IMG/VR virus record: IMGVR_UViG_3300025072_000003
Length of the DNA: 64,000 nucleotides
Origin: an uncultured virus (IMG/VR IMGVR_UViG_3300025072_000003)
Taxonomy: Duplodnaviria; Heunggongvirae; Uroviricota; Caudoviricetes
Reading direction: 5' to 3' (one strand)
The notes below the pieces were generated by a model, which saw only the letters and a program-made list of their open reading frames with translations, made no database searches and was not told where the DNA came from. The translations under genes were made by a program, and so were the position numbers. Below, piece after piece: positions 49,339-57,785 of the stretch (within the stretch, counting starts at the first letter, position 1; every line of letters starts with the position of its first letter).

Positions 49339-49632
49339 TCAAACCACTAATCTAGAAATATGGAGATCGTTTAGTTTTTTAATAAGTTCATCATGCGACA
49401 AACAATCATCCAAAACATAAGTCTGAAGCATGTCAAAGACGTTTTCAGATAGTCTCAAATAACTCAACTCTTCAACGTAATTAACATGTCGTTTCCGTGC
49501 TGACCATGCCGCAGACAAAAGAGAGTTGTAATCACAACTATCAAATGGTCTGTTGCACTTCAAACAACTAGAAACTCCGTTTTCCAACCATCGTTCTAAC
49601 GAATGGCCGCAGTAAGGGCAATCACAAATCAT
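49339..49632 (-). CDS. Zn-ribbon hypothetical protein
   Basis: CPYCG and CLKC. Confidence 0.6.
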   Translation of the reverse strand: MICDCPYCGHSLERWLENGVSSCLKCNRPFDSCDYNSLLSAAWSARKRHVNYVEELSYLRLSENVFDMLQTYVLDDCLSHDELIKKLNDLHISRLVV

Positions 49633-49655
49633 TACCCTTATTTAGTTCGTTTTCA

Positions 49656-50480
49656 TCAAAAATCATTAACATATTCACTTTCTATTGCTTTAATCCTACG
49701 CCTCTTCTCTCTCTCTTTAGCAAACCCCTTCACAGGATCAATGCTTTCATCTTCTTCTTGATTAAGAATAATAACAAACGCATTTCCTACGGTTCCAAGA
49801 ATGCCACCATAAATAGCGAGAGCAAAGAAGAAAAATCCCATTGTTATAAGCCTGCCAGGAATCGTTACAGGAGACATATCTCCATAACCAACAGTAGTCA
49901 CAGTAACCATAACAAACCAAAATGAATTAAACAATGTAAAATCTTGGTTATTATGCCTCTCCGCTTCAAAAATCAAAATGGCTGTGAATGAACCAATAAT
50001 AACAAGCGCTAATGACAGTGCCTTAAGTTGTCGGAAGGCAGTGTAAAAGCCTAAACAAGTAAGTTGCAAAGAGCGATTATATCGCAACAACTTCATAAGC
50101 CTTAAGCACCGTGCGGCACGAATGTATGCCAACAAAGACACTGGTATCATAGCAATAGATGGGTGTGCAAGAAACCCAATCCAAAATGGAGCAATAGCTA
50201 TTAAATCTATCATGCCCATTGCAGAAGTTGGATATTCGATAATTGATGTTCCGCGATCCTTAACACCAATATACCAACGAAAAAGATATTCGAACGTAAA
50301 AATCAAAGCTACACAACGTTCGAAGTAAAGGAAATAAATCGACCCAGCCTCATGGCTGTGATCGGTTCCCATTGACAACTCTGCCATATAAGCAAAGAAG
50401 CTTGTCCAAATAAGAATCCGCAAAACCGTGTTGAAAACGTTCATGAAATTACGAACATTAGGACTTTTAATATACATCAT
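49656..50480 (-). CDS. voltage-gated-type potassium channel
   Basis: TVTTVGYGD filter, S4-like RAARCLRLMKLLR, 6 TMs. Confidence 0.92.
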   Translation of the reverse strand: MMYIKSPNVRNFMNVFNTVLRILIWTSFFAYMAELSMGTDHSHEAGSIYFLYFERCVALIFTFEYLFRWYIGVKDRGTSIIEYPTSAMGMIDLIAIAPFWIGFLAHPSIAMIPVSLLAYIRAARCLRLMKLLRYNRSLQLTCLGFYTAFRQLKALSLALVIIGSFTAILIFEAERHNNQDFTLFNSFWFVMVTVTTVGYGDMSPVTIPGRLITMGFFFFALAIYGGILGTVGNAFVIILNQEEDESIDPVKGFAKEREKRRRIKAIESEYVNDF

Positions 50481-50498
50481 TATCTTTCTTTAGGTTTG

Positions 50499-50526
50499 AA
50501 GTGGGTCGCATCATTGCGACCCACTT
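50499..50526. terminator. intergenic hairpin
   Basis: AAGTGGGTCGCA/TGCGACCCACTT; no clear U tract. Confidence 0.45.
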
Positions 50527-50541
50527 GATCTAACCGCAAAA

Positions 50542-51228
50542 CTACTTGGACGCTTCCTTGTCTTTTGCTCGCTTTGCCTTAATAGCAGCCAAAGCATCTT
50601 GAGCATCTAAATCTTCCATTTCCTCGCGAGAATCCAAATCATCGTCCATAAGTTCCATGGAAACTTCTGCGTTGCCTTCCTCAGCATGGATTGCACGTTG
50701 CATGTTGTCCATCGCATCACCAAGCAAGCCATTGCCTTGCAGATTGTCTTGCAAGTCTGCTGCCAAATCTGTCTGCTTGCTCATTGCCTTAGCGTTTTTC
50801 AACTGTACGCCCATTGTAGTGGCTCTGTCCTCAAGCTTTGAAAGATCCTCCTGATTCCTTTTCAACAAACTCATTGTTGACTCAACAGAGGAAGACTGTC
50901 TTTTGAGTTGAGACTTGTTTATTTTCAAACTGCTCTGTGCTGTAGCCAGTTTTCCAGACAACTTAACAGCCTTTGCATCATCATCTGCGTCTAATGCAAT
51001 GTTAACTCGTCTTTCCAATTGCCTAACTTCTTTTTCTCCATTCTTCACTTGCAATTTCAGATCTTTTTCCAAACCTACAATCTCTCCCATGGTCTTTCTT
51101 GCATTAGCAATATCATCTTTCTTTTGATCAATCGCAGCTTGCACAGCAGCAGATGGGAAAAACTTGTAGAAAATCCTGATAGGAATACTAAAAAACGCTC
51201 GCACTATTAGACCAAACTTCTTAAACAT
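50542..51228 (-). CDS. PspA/IM30 family protein
   Basis: amphipathic N-helix, long coiled coil, ALDADDDAKA, C-terminal LAAIKAK. Confidence 0.7.
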   Translation of the reverse strand: MFKKFGLIVRAFFSIPIRIFYKFFPSAAVQAAIDQKKDDIANARKTMGEIVGLEKDLKLQVKNGEKEVRQLERRVNIALDADDDAKAVKLSGKLATAQSSLKINKSQLKRQSSSVESTMSLLKRNQEDLSKLEDRATTMGVQLKNAKAMSKQTDLAADLQDNLQGNGLLGDAMDNMQRAIHAEEGNAEVSMELMDDDLDSREEMEDLDAQDALAAIKAKRAKDKEASK

Positions 51229-51248
51229 GATTTTTTCTCCTCAGAGAA

Positions 51249-51995
51249 TTAAAGTACAACAATATCTTTGGGATTGATTGGCATCCCTCGCCACAAACTA
51301 AACATTCCATTACCGTCCATTTCGACAAAAGCAAACTCCAAAACCGTGTCACCAATTTCGTCCTTCATCTCTCGCCAATAATCCCAATAACAGATTTCTT
51401 TTTTAACAACTTCTTCTGACTCAACTCGACCATCACGGTCTTTGTCCGTCATTTCATTTATTTTTGCTTCCCAAGCCGCATATTCACCATCATCAGTGAT
51501 CCTCCAAAATGTTTTATCAACATCTCCATCACTTTGTTCGTCTATGCAAAAGCCTCCTGCAAATTGTGGGTCACGAATCCAAATGTCCGTTCCTCCGTCA
51601 CCAGATGACGCCATTTGTCCTAACAACACCCCTTTATGGAAGTCTTCATCGTATGCGAACTTATCCACCATCTTCAGAATAAGAACATCACAAGTTGGCG
51701 CACCATCCTCTAGATCTTCTTTTGGGTTGAATCGCAGACGTATACGATTAGCTTCATCTCCAGATCTTTCTACCAAATCATAATCGGTAAACGTAAAATT
51801 ATCACCATCAACTTTTCTATTAACGTCACGAATTTTTTCAAGACGCCAAAAAGCATCACGATAATCTAAAATATCAATCTTAAATTCATCATGAACTTTA
51901 GCTCCAAGAGGATTGTCATAACGGGTTTCAACTCTGCCCGCCATCCTTTCCTTCAAAATCTGCCAACCCGTCTTTCCCTGATTCTTTTCCGCCAT
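51249..51995 (-). CDS. hypothetical protein (possibly YjfK/DUF2491-like)
   Basis: position next to PspA and K+ channel; similarity not verified. Confidence 0.45.
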   Translation of the reverse strand: MAEKNQGKTGWQILKERMAGRVETRYDNPLGAKVHDEFKIDILDYRDAFWRLEKIRDVNRKVDGDNFTFTDYDLVERSGDEANRIRLRFNPKEDLEDGAPTCDVLILKMVDKFAYDEDFHKGVLLGQMASSGDGGTDIWIRDPQFAGGFCIDEQSDGDVDKTFWRITDDGEYAAWEAKINEMTDKDRDGRVESEEVVKKEICYWDYWREMKDEIGDTVLEFAFVEMDGNGMFSLWRGMPINPKDIVVL

Positions 51996-52124
51996 TACTT
52001 TTGCCCTTATATTTTTCTGTTTCTTTTAACAACTTTTTAACATTGTCGTCAATACTTGACGTTGGAGGTTTCATTCATCCAAATCTATTTTGGTCTGTGA
52101 AAAAATATGGTTTTGGCTTTTTGC

Positions 52125-52409
52125 TCATTTGTTTTCTTCTCCATAATTGTAATAGTCGCGCATGGCTCGATCAATGTTGAATGAAGACTCTTCATCAAGA
52201 CCTAAAGCCTGTTTCGCTGTTGGCTGATAGATCACGGCAGCAGGACGGTCAAAATAGTCATAGTGGTTATGATAGCCTTGATAAACTTGTTCCGCCTTAG
52301 CTGCCGCTTGCCCATGTCTTTGATCATATTCTAAAAGAATTTTAGTTAGATCACTTTGTGGGCACTCCTCGGCAGCGGCAGCTACATCCTCTTTATTTCC
52401 TCTTCTCAT
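52125..52409 (-). CDS. hypothetical protein
   Basis: ORF in operon. Confidence 0.5.
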   Translation of the reverse strand: MRRGNKEDVAAAAEECPQSDLTKILLEYDQRHGQAAAKAEQVYQGYHNHYDYFDRPAAVIYQPTAKQALGLDEESSFNIDRAMRDYYNYGEENK

Positions 52410-52410
52410 T

Positions 52411-53319
52411 TTAATACTTCCGATTAAAACCGAAATACCAGATTAAACACGCCAAACATCCTAATCCAATTGTCCACATTACAATCCTTCCAAAGGACGA
52501 CTTTTTTGGCTGAACATCAATGTTTGCAACTGTGCGGACATGTTCATCATCGTACATAAGATCCCAATTATCTTTGTCCATTCCCTCAGGAACATACGAA
52601 GCATTAACTGGTTGCCCTTTCATAGCATTGACTTCTTCTTGAAGATCGGCATTCTTGGCATACAATTCGTTCAATCGAGCTTGATCCATTGACGAACCAT
52701 GATTGTGAATGTACGATGCTTGTGAATGAGAATTTCTCTCCATCATCCATAACCAAAAGAATGGACTGATGCCATCATTGTATCCGCCCCAAGAGCCAGG
52801 ATAACTTCGTCCGTAATAATTGTTGTACACAACTGTATTCGAACGGGTGCCTCTCGTTGAATAGCTTTTAGGACTGTAACTGCTTCCAGACAATCTTTGC
52901 GAGCTTGGCGAAGAACGATCAATTTTTACCGTACTCGTCTTCCCTGTCTTTGGATCAGTCTTGGTATAAGTTGACTTTGGTGGCGATGTTGCCTTCTTAT
53001 AAGTCTGCTTACTTACCTGCGATTTCTTTGATTTTGATGCCGCACTATCATAAGACCCACTTGGACGGGATGATGGCTTATTGGCAGACCCCATTGGGCG
53101 GGTAGGATTTGTACTTGGACGACTATAACTACTGCTTGGACGAGACGTACTTGGACGACTATAACTTGGACGACTGGAACTTCTGCTGGAACTTGGGCGA
53201 CTGTAACTACTTCGAGAACTGGAACGGCTTCCTTTAGCAAAAGCGTAATCTTCCAAAGATGGGCAAATCATGGCCGCAATGGCGACCATTCCAATAAAAA
53301 TCTTCAAAGTCTTCGACAT
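52411..53319 (-). CDS. secreted Ser/Arg-rich protein with C-terminal TM
   Basis: signal peptide AFA, SRPSSS repeats, PFFWLWMM, C-terminal TM. Confidence 0.7.
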   Translation of the reverse strand: MSKTLKIFIGMVAIAAMICPSLEDYAFAKGSRSSSRSSYSRPSSSRSSSRPSYSRPSTSRPSSSYSRPSTNPTRPMGSANKPSSRPSGSYDSAASKSKKSQVSKQTYKKATSPPKSTYTKTDPKTGKTSTVKIDRSSPSSQRLSGSSYSPKSYSTRGTRSNTVVYNNYYGRSYPGSWGGYNDGISPFFWLWMMERNSHSQASYIHNHGSSMDQARLNELYAKNADLQEEVNAMKGQPVNASYVPEGMDKDNWDLMYDDEHVRTVANIDVQPKKSSFGRIVMWTIGLGCLACLIWYFGFNRKY

Positions 53320-53372
53320 AACATACCCCTTTCTAAGGTTGTTAAAAAATTGGGAATTTCCAATTACTCCTC

Positions 53373-53401
53373 ATTATACTTCAAAAACTTTAAAGTGTAA
53401 A
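53373..53401 (-). promoter_or_regulatory. promoter TTTACA-N17-TATAAT with TTTTGAAG
   Basis: family member. Confidence 0.8.
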
Positions 53402-53462
53402 CGAAAAAGTCCCACCAATTTTATGATGGGACTTCTTGTTCTAATGGGGGGGCGTTAAATTT

Positions 53463-54716
53463 TTACTCATCGTAAAAATCTTTCCCACCGTCATCGTCAG
53501 CATCATATTCGGCAAGCAAGTCATCATTGACTTCAAATTCCTCTTCGCCAAAATTGTCTTTCAACGCTGCAATCAAATTCCTATTCCCATCACTGATTTC
53601 GGAAGCAACAAGCCTTGCAACTTTCAGCACATCAACAGAAGCAATAAATCCATCTTCATCATTTCCATCATTCTTAATGATTTCATCCAAAGGATCAAGT
53701 ATGTATTTTTGGATTGTTGGTCCTCTTAAACACGTATTTGTATCTTTTGGTTTTTTTCCAGTAACTTTCTGTGCTGCCGAAACCATGTCTCTTGTCTTAG
53801 CCTGTCTTGCGTTGTTATTGGCTTTTTGGACAATCCTCAACTTGGTTTGAACTTTTTTGTCTGCGGCCATTTGAACTTCTTCCGCTTTCTCAACAGCCTC
53901 TTCATCTTCTGCCATAACCACTTTGTTCTTGGCTTCGTCAGATGCCTTTACAGCCACATTCAGTTCTTTATCGGCTTTTTCAATTGCTATTTTTGCACGA
54001 TCCCGAGCAAATTCACATGTTGTTTTTAAAATCTCAACTCGTTCTTGCACATTTTCGATATTAGCCAATTGAAGTGCTACTGTCTGGTTGATTTCATTGT
54101 TGCAATATGCTTTTAATGTATCCTCATCCAGAGCGCTAATTACATCCATATGATGTATCCAGGCGACAGTTTTCTTAGTCATATCCATGATTTCTTGATC
54201 TGTGAAGCCATGCGAGCGCCAGTATCTAAACAGATTAAAATTAGCGCTTTCACCAATTCCTACTGCTGTACTGTTTTCAATAAACGCTATATTCATTGCA
54301 TCTTTATCGCTAAGGTCATCAAACAGATGACACTCAACATATTCGTACAATTCCGCACCGCTTTTCATTTCTTTGGTACGAGGATCATAACACTGTTCGT
54401 CGTCTTCGGCAAGTCTTGTGCAAGATCTAAATCTGCGCTCGCCAGCGACAATTTGATATTCTTCATCTTCCTCTGGAGAATTACGAGCGCACAAAGGCTC
54501 CAGCAACCCTCTTTGCTTTATTGCCTCTCGCAATTCTCGCATGGAATCACGATCAAATCCCTCTCCAGCGACTCCAGGCATTCCAGGCTTAAAGTGTCGA
54601 GGATTACTAAAGACAAAATCTTCTTTTTCCTCGGCTGCGAATTCTGCGATTTTAAGTGAAGATACTTTGATAAGGTAACGATCACCTTCTAAATGGATAA
54701 GATTTTCTTTTTCCAC
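53463..54716 (-). CDS. ParB/Spo0J-like protein
   Basis: NPR, LREAIKQRGLLEPL, YQIVAGERRFR, AFIEN. Confidence 0.85.
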   Translation of the reverse strand: MEKENLIHLEGDRYLIKVSSLKIAEFAAEEKEDFVFSNPRHFKPGMPGVAGEGFDRDSMRELREAIKQRGLLEPLCARNSPEEDEEYQIVAGERRFRSCTRLAEDDEQCYDPRTKEMKSGAELYEYVECHLFDDLSDKDAMNIAFIENSTAVGIGESANFNLFRYWRSHGFTDQEIMDMTKKTVAWIHHMDVISALDEDTLKAYCNNEINQTVALQLANIENVQERVEILKTTCEFARDRAKIAIEKADKELNVAVKASDEAKNKVVMAEDEEAVEKAEEVQMAADKKVQTKLRIVQKANNNARQAKTRDMVSAAQKVTGKKPKDTNTCLRGPTIQKYILDPLDEIIKNDGNDEDGFIASVDVLKVARLVASEISDGNRNLIAALKDNFGEEEFEVNDDLLAEYDADDDGGKDFYDE

Positions 54717-54792
54717 AATAAACTCTCCGTAATAATTCAGGTAGGTAACTAACTCCTACAAAGAGTATATGGATTGAAATCTTTTGTCAAGA

Positions 54793-55224
54793 TTAGTTCG
54801 GAACTAAATTTCTTTTTATTCTAGCGTTTTCGCCAATCAGCCCTATTCTATCAAATGGGTCCGAATCATCGTCAATCGCTGGGCAATAATTCGTTTTTGT
54901 TCTTTTTCGTATTTTTGTACAAACCCTCCTAATGACGTTTCCATCCCCCCAAACCATTTCATAGTATCCATTATTTGGATTTTTTAAAAGTTGCATACCA
55001 TCCTGTCTTACTCTAATCGCCTTGATATAGTAGCGATTTTCAAATTTATCATACTCCCAGAAGATAACTTGACGATATAGTGGTCCACCATCTTCGGGCG
55101 TCCATTCATTAAACTCTATAGCGTCAACATATTCGGTTACAACTTCACTGTCTTGAATTGATCCCATTAACAGCAACATTATCAACATTCTTAATCTCCT
55201 GTCCACATGAATTACACGCTTCAA
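54793..55224 (-). CDS. hypothetical protein, Planctomycete-type family
   Basis: VDAIEFNE...QVIFWEY motif recalled from Planctomycete hypotheticals. Confidence 0.5.
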   Translation of the reverse strand: MKRVIHVDRRLRMLIMLLLMGSIQDSEVVTEYVDAIEFNEWTPEDGGPLYRQVIFWEYDKFENRYYIKAIRVRQDGMQLLKNPNNGYYEMVWGDGNVIRRVCTKIRKRTKTNYCPAIDDDSDPFDRIGLIGENARIKRNLVPN

Positions 55225-55239
55225 TCATTATCTTTCTTT

Positions 55240-55884
55240 CTAAAAGCTATAATTTTTATGAGGCTTGCGACAACGAATGCACCAACTACATTCATATTCC
55301 TTTTTGCCCATATTATCAATTTTTGAATTAATGTTCTTCAACACAATGCCTTCAATTTCATTCAAATGAAGAAACCTTTTGTATTCATCTTCTATGCAAT
55401 CGTTAGAGAAGGATTGAGCCAACCAAATATTTTCAGTGACACTCAAAGCGATTCCATGCTTCGGCTCAAGATCAACTGGATTCCCGCAAATGTCATTTAG
55501 CATTTGCATTCTTTCGGTGTATGTTGGTCCATTGATCAGATATTTTCCAACGGTCAAAACATCAAAAAGAATGATCCTATTTTTGTAATGTGGATCATCA
55601 GTTTTGTTATGCATTACTTCGCTATCAAAAACATACTCTACCCCAGATTCTAGATTCAAAGACAAAATCTGATCTTCGATTCCCACACGTCCACGGCTTG
55701 GAATCCACTGCTTGTGAGACTCTGTGTGACGTGTAAAGAATTCAATCTTTCCATTTGGAAGAACATGAGTTACATTTCGTGTTCCATTAAACTTCCTCTG
55801 ACCAGCCCAATAACTCTTAGATGAGTACCTGGGTAATCTACGGGGCAAAATGGACGATACTGGGCGTGGTGGATAGAGTTTCAT
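55240..55884 (-). CDS. ATP-dependent DNA ligase-like adenylation domain
   Basis: QRKFNGTR, FDSEV, LFDVL, EGIVLK motifs; no OB domain. Confidence 0.75.
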   Translation of the reverse strand: MKLYPPRPVSSILPRRLPRYSSKSYWAGQRKFNGTRNVTHVLPNGKIEFFTRHTESHKQWIPSRGRVGIEDQILSLNLESGVEYVFDSEVMHNKTDDPHYKNRIILFDVLTVGKYLINGPTYTERMQMLNDICGNPVDLEPKHGIALSVTENIWLAQSFSNDCIEDEYKRFLHLNEIEGIVLKNINSKIDNMGKKEYECSWCIRCRKPHKNYSF

Positions 55885-55904
55885 GTCATACCTTTCAAGT
55901 GGTT

Positions 55905-55932
55905 GTTGATTGAGAATTGATTATCTGACAAC
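55905..55932. repeat. 28-bp dispersed element copy 7
   Basis: identical to copy 1, 52 kb away; supplies VVR-TAA end of BON gene. Confidence 0.95.
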
Positions 55933-56112
55933 TAAACTGTCAATTATTACAATCTCTTCACCAACCATTTTCTTTACCGTCTCTATAGCCATTTGTTTGT
56001 GGAAAAAACTATTTACAACGCCTCTCAAAACAACTTTGTCGGCTGCTTCCTCAACCTCAAGATTGTAGCCTCTCAGATATGGGCATGAATTTATTGCATC
56101 GCAAATTCTCAA
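55921..56112 (-). CDS. BON domain protein
   Basis: LEVE...VVLRGVVNSFFHKQMAIETV, typical of Planctomycete BON proteins. Confidence 0.65.
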   Translation of the reverse strand: MRICDAINSCPYLRGYNLEVEEAADKVVLRGVVNSFFHKQMAIETVKKMVGEEIVIIDSLVVR

Positions 56113-56115
56113 AAC

Positions 56116-56454
56116 TCAAACTCCATTCATGTAATCAATAAGACCGCCGCCGAAATTCCACTGTGGCGAAATTTCGTATTCTTCAATCAACCGGCTAATT
56201 TCCGATCTCACAAAATCGTGATTATCTCTGTCAACGGCTAGTTCTTTTAACTCTTCAAACTTTTCGTTTAACTGATTGTGTCTGTCATGAGCGATAAAGG
56301 GACGCTTCTCCTCCACCTCTCCTCTTACAACATTGATCTCTCTTGGAGCGTTTATTCCAAGTTTGACCCTATTTCCATTAATGGAAAGAACTACAACTTC
56401 AACGTTTTCACCAACTTTTAGGCTTTCGCCATCTTTTCTCGAAATTACCAACAT
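56116..56454 (-). CDS. csrA: CsrA homologue with C-terminal extension
   Basis: MLVISRKDGESLKVGENVEVVVLSINGNRVKLGINAPREINVVRGE. Confidence 0.9.
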   Translation of the reverse strand: MLVISRKDGESLKVGENVEVVVLSINGNRVKLGINAPREINVVRGEVEEKRPFIAHDRHNQLNEKFEELKELAVDRDNHDFVRSEISRLIEEYEISPQWNFGGGLIDYMNGV

Positions 56455-56479
56455 ATCACTTCCTTTCTTGTTATGCCCT

Positions 56480-56509
56480 ATTCTACTTCAAAAACGAACA
56501 AAGTGTAAA
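56480..56509 (-). promoter_or_regulatory. promoter TTTACA-N18-TAGAAT with TTTTGAAG
   Basis: family member, one half of a divergent pair. Confidence 0.65.
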
Positions 56510-56525
56510 CTAAATTCTTTCATAA

Positions 56526-56554
56526 GTGACAAATAGCACTTTTTGAAGTAGAAT
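56526..56554 (+). promoter_or_regulatory. promoter GTGACA-N17-TAGAAT with TTTTGAAG
   Basis: 20-bp perfect inverted repeat 56475-56494 / 56540-56559. Confidence 0.65.
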
Positions 56555-56585
56555 AGGGCGAACCCACAAACAAAAGGAAAATGAC

Positions 56586-57785
56586 GTGAGCATTATCGAA
56601 GACTTCATCCAAGCAATTCACAAATCACCAATCAGAGCATCGTTAGTCATTGTGGGGGGAGGAAGCGATGCAATTGGAATGCTTTTAAAATTTGGAAACG
56701 GCTCAGCTACATTGCTAGATGCACAAGTTCCATATCATATGGATGCTTTCTCAGAGTATATCGGCGGAAAACCAGACAGTTTCGCATCAGAGGTCGCTGC
56801 CAGAAATTTGGCAATGGCTGCATACCAACGAGCAACAAAGCTTCGTGACAGGCAAGGTGATGGAGATGTAGTTGGAATAAGTTGCACGGCATCTCTTGCA
56901 AAGCCTGATGGCGAACGAGAAGGAAGAGAACACAAAATTTATGTGTCTGCTCAAGGAAGCAAATTCACACTCACACATTCCATTGTCTTGCAACAGGGGA
57001 TGACTCGCCTAGAAGAAGAAAAACTTAGCACTCTGATGGTTCTAAACATAATCGGAAAGATTGCAGAAGTTGGTGAACTAGATTACAAAAAAATGGGCAT
57101 CAATTTCAAGAACAACGAAAACAATAAAATCGCCGTAAAACTAACAGAACCTCACCATACAATCAGCGATTTGATTCGAAGTCAGCCAAACCCTGACGCA
57201 CAATCAACATTCTATATGGTTGGAAATAACATTGGAACATTCAATCTCGGGACAGAAAGAAGTTGCAATGAGTTTGAAAAAGAAACAGACTTCTCAAAAC
57301 TTATTTTCCCAGGATCGTTCAACCCATTGCATGACGGACACAAAAAAATGGCCGACTATGCAGAACAACTTACAGACTCTCCTGTAACATATGAAATCTC
57401 TGTATCAAATGTCGATAAGCCATATTTGAATTTTACTGAAATCGAAAATAGGTTACAGCAATTTCAAGAAAATGGATTTCCTATGCTGTTGACTAAAGCG
57501 GCTACATTTTTGCAAAAAGCAAAAATGTTCCGCGACTGCACATTTGTTGTGGGATCTGACACATTTATGAGATTGGCAAATACAAAATACTACTCTTGCG
57601 CACTGTCAGAAGTTACCGATCAATTGAAAATGTATGGAGCTAAATTTTTGGTGTTCCAAAGAAAAGGGTCTACAATCGAAAATGTTCATGGATCATTTCT
57701 AGACATCGCACAAATAGTACCGGCGGAAGATTACGAGGATAGAGGAGAGTCAAGCACTGAAATTAGGAAGAAGAAGACTGTTTAA
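56586..57785 (+). CDS. CinA-like domain fused to NadD/NMNAT-like nucleotidyltransferase
   Basis: N-terminal GGG...G.SATLL...GISCTASLA; C-terminal FPGSFNPLHDGH, NVDKP, VVGSDT, SSTEIR. Confidence 0.75.
   Translation: MSIIEDFIQAIHKSPIRASLVIVGGGSDAIGMLLKFGNGSATLLDAQVPYHMDAFSEYIGGKPDSFASEVAARNLAMAAYQRATKLRDRQGDGDVVGISCTASLAKPDGEREGREHKIYVSAQGSKFTLTHSIVLQQGMTRLEEEKLSTLMVLNIIGKIAEVGELDYKKMGINFKNNENNKIAVKLTEPHHTISDLIRSQPNPDAQSTFYMVGNNIGTFNLGTERSCNEFEKETDFSKLIFPGSFNPLHDGHKKMADYAEQLTDSPVTYEISVSNVDKPYLNFTEIENRLQQFQENGFPMLLTKAATFLQKAKMFRDCTFVVGSDTFMRLANTKYYSCALSEVTDQLKMYGAKFLVFQRKGSTIENVHGSFLDIAQIVPAEDYEDRGESSTEIRKKKTV

Noticed and set aside
53095..53225. Short GGACGACT/ACTTGG repeats
   Set aside because: Explained by the low-complexity SRPSSS coding region of 52411-53319.
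56113..56118. TGA readthrough fusing csrA to the BON ORF
   Set aside because: In frame, but the BON ORF has its own GGAG and TTG start, and there is no opal suppressor or SECIS evidence.
56581..56589. ATG-ACG-TGA minigene before the nucleotidyltransferase
   Set aside because: The RBS is only 2 nt from this ATG but well spaced for the GTG at 56586.
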